DNA of 64,000 nt, from positions 124,186,001-124,250,000 of the forward strand of contig OZ024745.1 of assembly GCA_964016885.1 (NCBI GenBank), read 5' to 3'. The notes below the pieces were generated by a model. The model saw only the letters and a program-made list of their open reading frames with translations. It did not search any database and was not told where the DNA came from. The DNA is from Eledone cirrhosa (taxonomy: Eukaryota). This document shows positions 37,897-51,215 of the stretch, piece after piece; the first letter of the stretch is position 1, and each line of letters opens with the position of its first letter. The position numbers and the translations under genes are program-made.

Positions 37897-40073
37897 TATA
37901 TGTATGTATGTATGTGTGTGTATGTATGTGTGTATGTATGTATGTGTGTATGTTAGGTCACTTTTCAGCGTTACTGGTATCATGTAACTCAGTACAACCT
38001 GTACATGGTTGGGCCATCAGCAACTAAACCGGCAAGCTTGGTGTGGTGGGTGAATTTGGACACTCTGCAGGACGAAAAACAAAACCAATCAAAAAGGCAG
38101 AGGAACTCAGGAGAGTCAACGGCTATCCAATAAAGCATTTTTATTTGTGGAGCAAGAGACCCCTAGTCTTCATTAAGACATCTCTCTAGGAGAGGGTCAC
38201 TCTAATATAAAACCTGCAACTTCATTTGCATCCAATGATATAGATCAGTTCTTCTTTTTGGGTAAATGTATTTGAAGTTCAGAGAGTGGGATTGGCCCCA
38301 TGCAAAGCCTTTCCTCACTTGAAAAAGCTTCAAATACTGGCATCGCTTGGTATGTGAAATTTTTTGTAATGTATGGTATTGCTGGTCATAGGCAAGTCCC
38401 TAACTGAGCTAAAAATCCACATCTGTGATGATCATGCTTAAGTATCAAGTGATGGCATTACTCGACGAGTTGCAGCCATGTATGTATGTATCCTCATTAT
38501 TTAACGTCCATTTCACATGCAAGTATGGGTAGTATGTGCTGTCCCGTTGTAAGAGATCCAGGTCAGGGACCCCTGTTTTGCTCCCACAGAACTGATTTTG
38601 GTTTGGTTTCTATGGCTGGATGCCTTTCCTAACGCCAAACATATTTACAGTGTGTACTGGATGATCTTTGTCATGACACATACACGACCACTTTACAGTG
38701 TGGGCTGGGCACTTTTTATCATGACTCCTACACAACCACTTTACATAGTGAGCTAGGTATGTATGTATATATATATATATAGTTCAAGGAGACAATAAAC
38801 AGGGGTACAAACATCTTATTAGTTTCATGCTTTATATTGGAAAGAGGAAAGAATATTCGATGTGTCAGCCTTATACCCTTCTTCAGGATTACAAAATAGA
38901 GACAGAATTACAATAGAGAAATAAAATTATATATATATATATTATAACTTTGAAGCTATGCAAGTGAGTTGAGGGCCAGGAGTTTTGAATTTAAGTACAC
39001 TCATCAAAACTGGTTTGAAACGTAGAGTCTGTTGTGATACGTAGTGTCAAATGTATTAATGGCAGAGCTGTTTCAAGAGACTGTATATTGCTGTTGTTTG
39101 TTGTTGATGGCCAGACAGGTTAATAGAAAAACTAATAACATGTCAGTCTGTTGTGACACGTGTTTATTGCTTGTCTGATGTAGAAGAGGGCTTTTATCTG
39201 TAAGGCTTTCATAATTTTCATTATTTTTTAATAATGTTTATGTCATTTTTTTCGCCTGACAAACGTTGATAGATGGGGAAAATGATCAGCTTCAAAATAA
39301 TTTAGCTGTGGCGAAGTTCATTCCAGTGTAGCTTCATTCTGTTCATATAGCCTACCTATATAATTGTTTACTTTTATATAACAATTATATAGCTCAGTAT
39401 TGATTTCATAGTTACTGTAGTTAGTTTAGGTAATGTTTTGCATTAACAGATGTATTCAAACTTATTATGGTGGATTTGATACGTTTTGGCCTAAAATTTT
39501 AGTATATTTGCTAAAGTATTTGTGGCAGCTTTGACACTAACATGTCAGTACATTTATATATAGTATATAAGGTTTTTATGTATGTATCTCATCATCATCA
39601 TCATCATCGTTTAACGTCCATGTTCCACGCTTGCATGGGTTTGGATGGGAGTTTTCCCACTTGAGGCAAGAGTGGTTGTCTTGCTCGCATAGGACTGTCT
39701 GGCGGGTTTTCTACGGCTGGATGCCCTTCCGAACACCAACCACATTTACAGTGTGGGACTGGGAGGTTTTTACCGTGTTACCTACACAGCCACATTACAG
39801 CGTGGACTGTGTGTTTTTTTGTCGTGACACCTACACGATCTCATTTGTTTCGGCCTGGATCTTGTGGCACCAACATAACTTTACATTGAAAGGGGCGGTG
39901 TGGATGGGGGTGGGGGTGGGTGGGACGGGTCTGTATTTGTATATTAAATTTATGTATTACTGGTCAGTTTAACATTTGTATGTATGCATAACTTGTCAAT
40001 TCCTATGACACATAATAAGCAGGGATGATATACATTGAAACTGATGTTTATATTCATTGTTTGTTGTATTGCT

Positions 40074-40143
<70 letters not shown>

Positions 40144-41024
40144 GTGTATATATATATATGTGTATATATATATATGTATATATATATATATGTATGTATA
40201 TGTATATATATATGTATATATGTGTATATATGCATATATATATATGTATATATATATATATATGTTTGTATGTATATATAGAGAGATAGAGAGATAGATA
40301 TATCTGCTCACGTGTGTGAATCCATGTGTGTGTATATATATATATATATGTATACACACATACACCCCCCCCCCCCATATATATATATATATAAAGTATT
40401 AAAATGACACATTGAAAATAGGTTGGATTACTGTCAATTTCAAAGCAACTGGAAACACCTGTGCCTTGATATTAACATTAAGCCAATCTACTGCATCGTT
40501 AGATGAAAGTAAGTATTGGAAATACAAAGGACTGTGACGAGAGAATCAAGAACCATCTATATAGTTGTTCAAACTATTAGAATCGCTGGAAACATTAGCC
40601 AAATCTCCTTATCACCCTCAAAATCCATCTTATTCTTCTTGAAAAATGGTTAATTGGACCAAATATCTCTGTCTTAGATATAATCATCAAGAAAAAAAAG
40701 GTTATATACTCAAAAATAATTGTTTCTACTTTAGACAAAAGGCAAGCTTTTTTGGGGAGAAGGGAAGATCGATTAAATCGACCCTGGTGTATTACTGGTG
40801 CTTTATTTATTGACCCGTAAGGATGAAAGGCATAGCTAACCTTGGCGGGATTTGAACTCATAATGTAAAGAGCCGTAACTCTATGCTGCATGTTGTCCAA
40901 TGCTCTATCGATGCTGCTGACCCACAAATAATATTATTCCTTATTATTTTTTCCTCACTGTATGATTCATCTTAGCTATCTTATCAATGATTCTTGTAAT
41001 AACCATTTTAACAGTGACTCTAAC

Positions 41025-41361
41025 CCTTTAGCATTTAAACCGGCCATATCAAAATCTCATACATTCGATATTTTGTGAGATCATTATGTGAGATAAAGCC
41101 GTGGATAGGGCGGTGGATTGGCAGTATCGGTAGAGGGTCAGACGCCATGCTTTCCAGCATAGTTACGTCCCTTTACGATCTGAGTTCAAATCCCGCCGAG
41201 GTTGACTTTGCCTTTCATCCTTACGGGGTCGATAAAATAAAGTGCCAGTAATGCACTGGGTAATTGCTGGCCTTGTGCCTAAAGTAGAAACAATTATGTG
41301 AGATAAAGTCTTTTCTGTGAAAATACAATATTAAATATAGAGTAATGTGAATGCTAAAGGG
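41025..41361 (+). mobile_element. piggyBac-type MITE interrupted by SINE family 1 (41101..41297)
   Basis: MITE TIRs present; the SINE is flanked by duplicated ATTATGTGAGATAAAG. Confidence 0.85.
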
Positions 41362-41593
41362 TTAAATATCATATAATCTCACAAAGATGTCCTAATATAC
41401 AGCAGTAGTATAGAAAGCCCAGTTTGTAGATACAAGACATATATATTTTTCATTTTTGATTGTAGATTAGTATATAATGGTATTTAGAAATAAAATAGAT
41501 TTGAATATGCTTGTATATTTGTATTTTATCCCTCTTCCCCAATACAGTATTATACATATATATAAAATTATTTAACACCAGTTTTTCCTCATA

Positions 41594-41624
<31 letters not shown>

Positions 41625-41677
41625 CTTCAACATCATTTAACATCCATTTTCTCTCTCTCTCTCTCTCTCTCTCCCTA

Positions 41678-41753
<76 letters not shown>

Positions 41754-42140
41754 AGCTCAGCTGTCGGGGTCTTACTGGTTCCTATTACCCACTCTACTAC
41801 CTCAAGTATTGAGTACTTTGGTGCGTTATGGTCCACCTGGTTCCTTACCACATTTCCTTTGTTATATATATATATATATATATTTACACACACATATATA
41901 TATATCAAAGTAAGGGACATATAAGTGCATCTCTGCTGTAGAATATATTCACACATATATGTCTACCTACTGTATTATAAATCTACTTGAAGATGAAACA
42001 CTGTGTCAGAATTAAATCTTGTTTTTAAATGATTTGCTTTCTCCTCCATATATTTTTTATTATATATATATACATATATATAATTGAATATAAAAGAGAG
42101 ATAAACACAGATTATATACATATACGTGTTCTAATCGTAA

Positions 42141-42426
42141 GGAACCAGATTCGCTAGGGTGAAAAAAATACTAACTATGAACGATAGCGTTTGCCAGACT
42201 CAATATATAAGCACACTATTCAGTGTTCTGAGATACTTAGAAGTGAAGAGCAAAAGTATTGGTTATTCCCTCGATACAGCATTACCAAAGGCTGTCTGGG
42301 TGTCACAATTTCAGTTGTCACAATTTCAGTTTGTATTTCTTTTCTTAATTTATTCTTTTAAATTGAGTCTGGCAAACCTTATTGTTCATAGTTAGTATTT
42401 TTTTCACCCTAGCGAATCTGGTCCCT
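42141..42426. repeat. Inverted repeat with ~64-bp arms
   Basis: ACCAGATTCGCTAGGGTGAAAAAAATACTAACTATGAAC / GTTCATAGTTAGTATTTTTTTCACCCTAGCGAATCTGGT. Confidence 0.9.
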
Positions 42427-42514
42427 TCAATTATATTAAACGGCCCGGAAAAATTTATTTCTTTGAACTATTTAATTGTAAGAGACTATTTTGAGTTTCT
42501 AACTCAATATATAC

Positions 42515-42565
<51 letters not shown>

Positions 42566-42620
42566 GTGAGGTTTTTTTTACAAAATGAAAAATGACCGAG
42601 GTGTCCTACACGATTGAAAG

Positions 42621-42853
42621 TATAAAGAAAAAAAGATGAAATCGAAAATGCAACTGGAGTCTTATTTAAAAAAAATATATATATTTATTTGGTTCTTTTA
42701 CCGATTTCGCAGTTCTTTCTGCTTTTCAAAAGTAGAGTTGAGATGGAGGGTCTGTGGTTTTTCTCACATCTAAAGGAACCAAATAAATATATATATAATT
42801 TTAAAAAAATAAGACTCCAGTTGCATTTTCGATTTCATTTTTATTTCTTTATA
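42621..42853. repeat. Inverted repeat with ~75-bp arms and a hammerhead-like motif in the spacer
   Basis: ATGAAATCGAAAATGCAACTGGAGTCTTATTT / AAATAAGACTCCAGTTGCATTTTCGATTTCAT. Minus 42695..42733 reads TTGAAAA GCAG-AAAGAA-CTGC GAAA TCGG TA. Confidence 0.85.
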
Positions 42854-43471
42854 TATATATATATATAAAGTGAATTGGTCCATTGATGTTTGTACTGACT
42901 CTCTCAGATCTAAACTGAGGTTACAAAATCTTGCTAGCTATGTTGGCAATATGAAGGTAGCACAAGCAATTGACACTAGCTTCCTATATATGATTTAAAT
43001 GTTGTATATAAATTGGTTGAAAACAACATTATACAGAATATTTCAAGAATATTTCAAGTCTCCTGGCATCAACCTGCAAACACAAGCATTTTCAGTAAAG
43101 ATTGTCTGGACCAGAATGATTGTAATCCTTAAGTCAAAATCAATCTGTTTCTTGGAGATCAACATGAGCAATGATACATCATTTCATGCAAGATGGTGGC
43201 AATGTACAGATTGGTGTATTCTCATGTCATTCTAGACAAGAGCCTAGAAAACAATGTTGGGCCCGTGGGGACTTTTTTCTTCAGTGACCTCAACTATTGC
43301 CACCAGTTATGGTCACCTTACAGCATCAAATAAATTGCAGTATTGGTGCAATTGCTACACCAAGATTATACAAATGAAAGGGATGAGCTACTAAGAGGGA
43401 CTGAAATAATATTCATTGTTCCGTGTTCTCTGTTTGTTTTTACTGCAGTTGATCTTGCACGCTGATACCCA

Positions 43472-43567
43472 TTTTTTCCCCTTATGGGGATTCATATGCC
43501 CTAATATTAGACTATTTTCTGTTGTCAATTTACAGTGAAAGCATCTAATTCTATTGGTAATATATTA

Positions 43568-43612
<45 letters not shown>

Positions 43613-44229
43613 TATATATTAACAATAGAATTATATATATATTAATATATGTAGAAGTTATATTTATATTCCATGGGTATGTCGTTATTTATAAAACAAA
43701 TTTTGTATTTTATCTGATGAAAGAGCACGAAGATTGGCTTGGTTGCCCTTTAAATATATATATAATAAAATAATTATGGTTTTATAAATATGGTTTCCAT
43801 TTATTAATATATTGTATATATTAATATATATATGTGTATATATTATCATCATCATCATCATCGTAAAATGATGATGATGATAATTGTTTCTACTTTTGGC
43901 ACAAGGCCAGCAATTACCCAGTGCATTACTGGTACTTTATTTTATCGACCCCGTAAGGATGAAAGGCAAAGTCAACCTCGGCGGGATTTGAACTCAGATC
44001 GTAAAAGGGACGTAACTATGCTGGAAAGCATGGCATCCGACCCTCTACCGATACTGCCAATCCACCGATGATGATAATGATGATGATATATACACACACA
44101 TATATATATATATATACACATATATATATTAATATATTAATAATACAATTAGATGCTTTCACTGTAAATTGACAACAGAAAATAGTCTAATATTAGGGCA
44201 TATGAATCCCCATAAGAGGGAAAAAAAAA
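43472..44229. repeat. Inverted repeat with ~100-bp arms enclosing a hammerhead motif and a SINE (43880..44067)
   Basis: GGGGATTCATATGCCCTAATATTAGACTATTTTCTGTTGTCAATTTACAGTGAAAGCATCTAATT and its reverse complement at 44147..44211. Confidence 0.9.
43706..43772 (+). ncRNA. Hammerhead motif with G12U lesion
   Basis: TATTTTAT CTGATGA AAGAGCA..TGCCCTT TAAA TATATATA TA ATAAAATA; 8-bp but AT-only stem I. Confidence 0.5.
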
Positions 44230-44501
44230 TATATATAACATCTAACCCATGCTAGCGTAGAAGATGGACGTTAAACGAAAATGATATATATACATATATA
44301 TATATACCTATATATATAAATATATATACCTATATATATAAAAGACACAGAAGCGAAAAGCGAAAACCAACCAAACAGTGAGTGTGTTGTTATTATATCT
44401 GGCAATATTACACAAATATGACCCTCCCCAAGTATAACAATATAAATATATATATATATATATATATACATATATATACATATATATATACATATATATA
44501 T

Positions 44502-44536
<35 letters not shown>

Positions 44537-44634
44537 GTGGTAGAACACTGGAAGGTAATATCCGTAGTGGTAGAACACTCAGTCCATGGGACGAGTTAGG
44601 TAGAAGTGGTTATACAACAGTTAGTTCACCATAC

Positions 44635-44672
44635 CGAGAACAATTGTTTCACCGTAGCAGATCATCAGCTCG
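44635..44672 (-). ncRNA. Minimal type I hammerhead ribozyme with intact core
   Basis: CGAG CTGATGA TCTG-CTA-CGGT GAAA CAATTG TT CTCG, on the same strand as and ~180 nt downstream of the GIY-YIG stop. Confidence 0.8.
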
Positions 44673-44851
44673 TAATGGGCATGGTTATACGGAACAGGAA
44701 GGACAACCGTACGAACGCGCAAGCGCAGAAACCGGTCACTTCACGCAGGCAATGCTAAAATGCGTGCGAGAGGTGTAAGGGAGATAACTGCGAAAGTCCG
44801 AAAAGTTTTTAGTTGATAAGAAAAAATATTGATGTTATTACAATAATTCAT

Positions 44852-45259
44852 TCAATCCGGAGCTTTGAAGTTATGCAATAGGTGTTTCGAGACGTGTGGG
44901 CAACGTGTGAAAATTTCATTTCTCGTGTTTAGACAATCACTATTGCATAATCTCTTTAGAATATTTATTCGTTCGTCAATACACAGTCCACACGACGGAT
45001 TTCGCTTTGCGTATGGCTTGGACTTAGTGATGGCTTTCCATTGAATGGAGTAGTCTATATTTGAGTCCTTGAGGGGCCATATGTGGCTCGCGAGTTTCGT
45101 GGGTGAATGTCTGTCCGGGTACCTAAAGGTCGACTGATGGTTCAGGAAACGTTCCTTAAATCGGCCCTCCGCCATGCCCACATAGGATTTGACCTCCTGT
45201 GGTTGGTTTGGTCGGTTGGAATTGACCACAGCTTCATAAATTACAGCTGGTGTGTTGCA
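44852..45259 (-). CDS. GIY-YIG endonuclease C-terminal domain of a Penelope-like element (5'-truncated)
   Basis: [10 protein letters not shown]...[16 protein letters not shown]...TKLASHIW...CGLCIDE..ILK...LNTRNE...CPH. Confidence 0.9.
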   Translation of the reverse strand, partial: CNTPAVIYEAVVNSNRPNQPQEVKSYVGMAEGRFKERFLNHQSTFRYPDRHSPTKLASHIWPLKDSNIDYSIQWKAITKSKPYAKRNPSCGLCIDERINILKRLCNSDCLNTRNEIFTRCPHVSKHLLHNFKAPD

Positions 45260-45263
45260 TTGC

Positions 45264-45412
<149 letters not shown>

Positions 45413-45540
45413 ATATGTGTATATATATGCATTTATGATCGATAGCAGTCAAAAGCAGTAAGTGCAAACAGAGAACAGAGTGCAATGAATGTTGTTAATT
45501 TAATACTTAGAGAAACAGGAAATAAAAGAGTGTCTTTATT

Positions 45541-45622
<82 letters not shown>

Positions 45623-45846
45623 GCGATAACAAATTATTGTTATAGCTAGTCCACTTAGATGTAGTCCAGTTAGGGTACCCCGAGTAGTGGATAGTACTAA
45701 CGCTTGGCTAAGTTTCACTCAACAAGACGTTTCCATAGTGATGCTGCGAGTACGCGGTGATTTCTATGTAGTTTACACTTGGAGTAATAATAAATCAAGA
45801 AAGAAGTGTGACATGGTTTGCTATACAATAAGGGCTTTATTCACAT

Positions 45847-45954
45847 TGCTGACAATTGTTTCTCTGAACTGGTAGGTCTATAGAGCGCTACCAGCCTGTT
45901 TTTGCGTCAATCGAACACCAATACTTTGTTATAACCAGTCTATTCATCAGAGCA
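45847..45954 (-). ncRNA. Hammerhead motif with ~80-nt stem II insert
   Basis: TGCT CTGATGA [ATAGACTGGT...ACCAGTTCAGA] GAAA CAATTG TC AGCA. Confidence 0.6.
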
Positions 45955-46413
45955 TGCGAGAATGAAGGATATACACAGGCATGGATTCTATATATAGTAG
46001 TGGCATTAAATCAGAACAATAATAACAAGATAGTAAATAACTAGATAGTAAATAGCTAAAACAATCACATCAATCTAAGTAAGAAATAGAGTATACTTAT
46101 GACTTTAGCATGTAAAACGAGCTGATACGAAACAGATGTATGAAATTAACATGTGAAAGCTGTCGTGGGGTACATTATATATAGTGTAGAGATAACCCGG
46201 GGCTTGAAACAATGGACCATTTACTTTACTGTAGGTTTGCTGACCGTAAGATTTATTTATTATCTGACAGATAAAACATTTTCATTGTAGTGAGGATGGT
46301 AATTTTTATGTGGTGTATGTGAAGCTAATTCTTTAAAGCTCTACTTAGAGTGACAAAGGCCAAGAGAATTCTATAACACAGTTCAAAATATCAGGTGCCT
46401 ATCATTATTGTCA

Positions 46414-46475
<62 letters not shown>

Positions 46476-46488
46476 TATATTTATGTAC

Positions 46489-46571
<83 letters not shown>

Positions 46572-46580
46572 TATATATAT

Positions 46581-46713
<133 letters not shown>

Positions 46714-46730
46714 TATATATATATATATTA

Positions 46731-47114
46731 TATATTAATAAGAGGAATTACAACTTTCTCTGATTTACTCGTTTTATTTACAATCCTTTAAAATTTATAA
46801 TGGTATTATAATGAAATAGAATGATAGAATATTAAATGTGAAGTGTTAATTGAACCAGTACTTTCAAGCTTTCGCAATCATCAGGTTCATAATGTGTGGT
46901 GACAGTCAAGTTTGCAATTTTCAACTGTGTCAAACTTGACTGTCACCACACATTATGAACCTGAAGATTGCGAAAGCATGAAAGTTCTTGTTCAATTAAC
47001 ACTTAACATTTTATATTCTATCATACTATTTCATTATAATACCATTATAAATTTTAAAGGATTGTAAATAAAACGAGTAAATCAGACAAAGTTGGAATTT
47101 CTCTTATTAATATA
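46731..47114. repeat. Near-perfect palindrome (~184-bp arms, 16-nt spacer) with a minimal hammerhead in each arm (46851..46889 minus, 46956..46994 plus)
   Basis: Arms align base by base. TGAAC CTGA(T/A)GA TTGC-GAAA-GC(T/A)T GAAA GT(A/T)C T(G/T) GTTCA. Confidence 0.92.
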
Positions 47115-47242
47115 ATCTTCTAACACAATCATACACACCCGTGTATATTTATCTATCTATCTATCTATCTATATATATATATATAGATATATAAATAAAA
47201 TAACAGGAGGCTGGACTGGTGTAAATCCTTGAATGGTTTATT

Positions 47243-47300
47243 ATACTATGATCATTTCAATGACCGGGTTCCATATGAATCCGGTGATATCATCAGGTAT
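47243..47300 (-). ncRNA. Minimal type I hammerhead ribozyme with intact core
   Basis: ATAC CTGATGA TATCACCGGATTC-ATATG-GAACCCGGTCATT GAAA TGATCA TA GTAT. Confidence 0.8.
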
Positions 47301-47604
47301 TGGAATATAACAAAGGAATATGTAAAAAACCATGGGTCCGAAAAATCAGAGACAGAGACAAAGAGGAGGACTGACCAACTAGCTGCCTTTATCTCGGCCA
47401 GTCGCCCCCAAAGTGCTGGCAACTGAATCTACTAATGAACATCTGCTTATAATGCACTACCACCTGTCCGTCAAAGAAAAAGGGGAAGAAAGAAAGGGAG
47501 TAGAAGTCAGCGTAAGAGTCACACTACATTCATGCTAGAAAATGCCGTGAAAAAATGCTACTCCAAAGAATCTATAATGAGTGTTTGTATGGTCTAATGT
47601 GTGA

Positions 47605-47685
<81 letters not shown>

Positions 47686-47716
47686 TTGGTGCTCTGAAAT
47701 AGCGATATATATATAA

Positions 47717-47990
47717 ATATAGTGTATTTTGCAATACATTGTATGCTTAATTAAAGGTATTTTGAAGACTATACGCTATTGATTTAAAATAGTGACATTT
47801 AAATTTTCAGCAAACAGGAGAAGTAGTGAGCTTTGATAAGTACCAAAAAGTACGAAACAGGACTCTGTCAGTTTATCTCCCCTGTTTGCTGAAAATTTAA
47901 ATAAGTGACATTGTCACTATTTTAAAACAATAGCGTATGGTCTTCAAAATGCTTTTAATTAAGCATAGTGTATTGCAAAATACACTATAT
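47717..47990. repeat. Inverted repeat with ~105-bp arms whose loop is a hammerhead
   Basis: ATATAGTGTATTTTGCAATAC...TTTTCAGCAAACAGG / CCTGTTTGCTGAAAA...GTATTGCAAAATACACTATAT. Confidence 0.9.
47827..47875 (+). ncRNA. Type I hammerhead with U3-A8 core variant and three complete stems
   Basis: TGAGCT TTGATAA GTAC-CAAAAA-GTAC GAAA CAG-GACT-CTG TC AGTTTA. Confidence 0.75.
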
Positions 47991-47994
47991 ATAC

Positions 47995-48064
<70 letters not shown>

Positions 48065-48089
48065 CTATCTCTATCTATTTATCGCTCTC

Positions 48090-48134
<45 letters not shown>

Positions 48135-48137
48135 CAC

Positions 48138-48169
<32 letters not shown>

Positions 48170-48259
48170 ATATATGTATATATTATATATGTGTATATAT
48201 ATATATATATAATATATATATATACATACACACATATACATATATATATATGTATTTAA

Positions 48260-48292
<33 letters not shown>

Positions 48293-48306
48293 CACACATA
48301 TCTATA

Positions 48307-48349
<43 letters not shown>

Positions 48350-48386
48350 ATATATTATATATATATCAATATATATATACATATAT

Positions 48387-48513
48387 ATCGATCAAGTTTT
48401 GTATATTTCTCGCAGTCTCGTTCTATTATTTTATTACATACACACACATATATATTGATATATATAGATATGATATATATATACACGCACATATATATTG
48501 ATATATATAGATA

Positions 48514-48568
<55 letters not shown>

Positions 48569-48656
48569 ATCATATTTATATATATCAATATATATGTGAG
48601 TATATGTAATAAAATAATAGAACGAGACTGCGAGAAATATACAAAACTTTGTCGAT
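48387..48656. repeat. Inverted repeat with ~55-bp arms around an AT microsatellite
   Basis: AAGTTTTGTATATTTCTCGCAGTCTCGTTCTATTATTTTATTACATA and its reverse complement. Confidence 0.9.
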
Positions 48657-49331
48657 AAAAGTAAGAAGGAAATAGAAAAATATCTAAACTTTATTAAATC
48701 AAAAGCTAAGACAAAATTCAGTTAAATAATTCATTAGAGTGAAACACCCGTAGTGATTTACTTATGCTGTCTTTGAAACCGAAATTCACGTCAATAACTT
48801 TGAGCAAAGAACCATAATAGCATTAATCTAGCAGAAATTTCGTCCAATCAAATTCAAATGATTCCTATTTTCTACTGAATACAAATATTGAACATATTTA
48901 AATTACTTTGTATTTCATTAGCTACATAAACTAAAACAACTATTAGAGTAATAAACACATATGTCAATGTACACAATCACCGCAGTATATTGATTGATAT
49001 TTCAGATGTAGTAGTGAAAAAGAATCAAGGAAAATAAAAGAAAAAAATTAAAGAAAAAATACAACAAAAAACAACAAGAACAAAAAAAAAAACAAAAAAA
49101 AAACGATACATTAAAAACTAATAAATATCAACAAGAATGACTGAAAAATAACAAGAAATATCCCCGCCATCACTCATCCTACACCCACACCCGCCAAAAC
49201 AACAACACTAACATTATTCTTATGAAATCACCAGCTCCAGTTGTTAAGTCGTAATATAAATTATTCGCTTTCATCTTTGAAATATCTATTTCATTTCATT
49301 TAGTAGTGTTATGTCTGTCAAAATATATTTG

Positions 49332-49414
<83 letters not shown>

Positions 49415-49454
49415 GTACATAAATATATGCATATATATATGTATATATATATAA

Positions 49455-49554
<100 letters not shown>

Positions 49555-49723
49555 GAATTAGGATTTAGCTTCAGACATAGCTGTATACAGATAATGTATT
49601 GGAATTTCGTATTTCTAAAGAAACACTGTATGTTTATAGATAAACATTTATAAAGCCGTAGCTATATAAAAACAGAGGGAGCTATCACCCTCTGGTGGCG
49701 TTCAGCACTGAGAAAGGGTGACA

Positions 49724-49767
49724 ATCGTCGATGCATTTTGAAATTAACTGGTTCTCATCAGAACGAT
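49724..49767 (-). ncRNA. Minimal hammerhead with G12A lesion
   Basis: ATCGTT CTGATGA GAA-CCAGTTAAT-TTC AAAA TGCA TC GACGAT. Confidence 0.65.
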
Positions 49768-50489
49768 CCCTCTCAGTCTTGTGACTGCTGGACTTGAAAA
49801 CAGTTGAGAATATAAAGTTTTCTCGTCTGCGACCTAACTTGTGCAGCTTCATATGCAAATATGAAAAATAACATGGTCAACAGTACAAAAGAGTGAAGAA
49901 TAACATGGTCAACAGTACAAAAAGGGTTATATTTACAGTATTAACAATTGTTTCATTGATTAAGTTGTCTAAAAATTGCTAATCACTTCAAGTTGTGTCA
50001 CTCAATTTTAAATACAACGTATGCTTAAACAAATCATCAGAAAAACGGATTAAAATTATACACGGCATTTGTAATATACTAGGAAAATTAAAATTACATC
50101 AGTAATAAAGAAAAAGAAAAAGATAGAGAGTAAAAGAAAAAGAAAAAGAAAAAGAAAAAGAAAAAGAAAAAGAAAAAGAAAAAATAATAAATAAATAATA
50201 ATAAATAAGTTATAATGAAGATGATAGTATAATAAGTATAATATATATATATCTATTGAATTTATTTAACTGTGAATTTTTAATACATTTGTAATCACTT
50301 TTAAATTTTAGTTTTAATACCCAATCCAAAATGTTTAATGACTTTTTAATCTATTATTTATAGTATAATATAGCATATATTTCTTTTAAATATGCACTAT
50401 AATATCTAAATTTGAGACGGATTCAAAATTATATATAAATGTGAATTTTTTCGCTGTACTTTCGATCTCTTATTTATTTATTTATAATA

Positions 50490-50670
50490 TAATTATTTAT
50501 ACTTTAGGCACAAGGCCAGCAAATACCCAGTGTATTACTGGTACTTTATTTTATCGACCCCGTAAGGATGAAAGGCAAAGTAAACCTCGGCGGGATTTGA
50601 ACTCAGACTGTAAAGGGACGTAACTATGCTGGAAAATATGGTGTCCGACTCTCTACCAATCCACCGCCCT
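50490..50670 (-). mobile_element. SINE family 1
   Basis: Family motifs present. Further copies at 18446, 34177, 40715 and 58708. Confidence 0.85.
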
Positions 50671-50788
50671 CATTTATAATATAATGTTTTATAATATATA
50701 TGTAGTTATATATTGTATTTTATATATTTTTAAATATACCTATTTATATATTTTTAAATAGACGTTCAACCATCTGGTAGGAAGGTAT

Positions 50789-50831
50789 ACGATGCTGACG
50801 ATAGCTAATAAGCTTGAAACTAGTACATCGT
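50789..50831 (+). ncRNA. Minimal type I hammerhead ribozyme with intact core
   Basis: ACGATG CTGACGA TAGCT-AATA-AGCTT GAAA CTAG TA CATCGT; perfect 6-bp stem I. Confidence 0.85.
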
Positions 50832-51215
50832 TCCTGTGTCAGTGTTGAACAAAAAGGTGACGTGGTTGCCTAAACACTGTACGGCGTAATTTGGGCTGTT
50901 TGTTTGTTTACAAACAAACAAACCGAGCATTACAATAGATGTTCGGTAAACCGATACGTGCATATATATATGTGTGTGCATGTATGTATATATATATATA
51001 CATACTACTGTACGTCTGTATACATATATGTATGTACGTATACATACACATACATACTTATATATACATATATATATATATATATAGGGAAGCAGAAAAT
51101 TGCTTTTTGTGATCCAGTTCGTGGTTAAGAAAGCCAGTTTCATAGATGGTTTCAACGTACGGTTAGGGGTAACTCCACAAGTTTGTAAGAATTCCGTCCA
51201 ATCTTGGAGTATAAA

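Noticed and set aside
38855-38890. Hammerhead-like CTGAAGA AGGG..CT GACA CATC on the minus strand
   Set aside because: GAAA, stem II and stem III are all damaged; a fossil at best.
41983-42010. TTGAAGA T GAAA CACTGTG TC
   Set aside because: No stem II and poor stem I.
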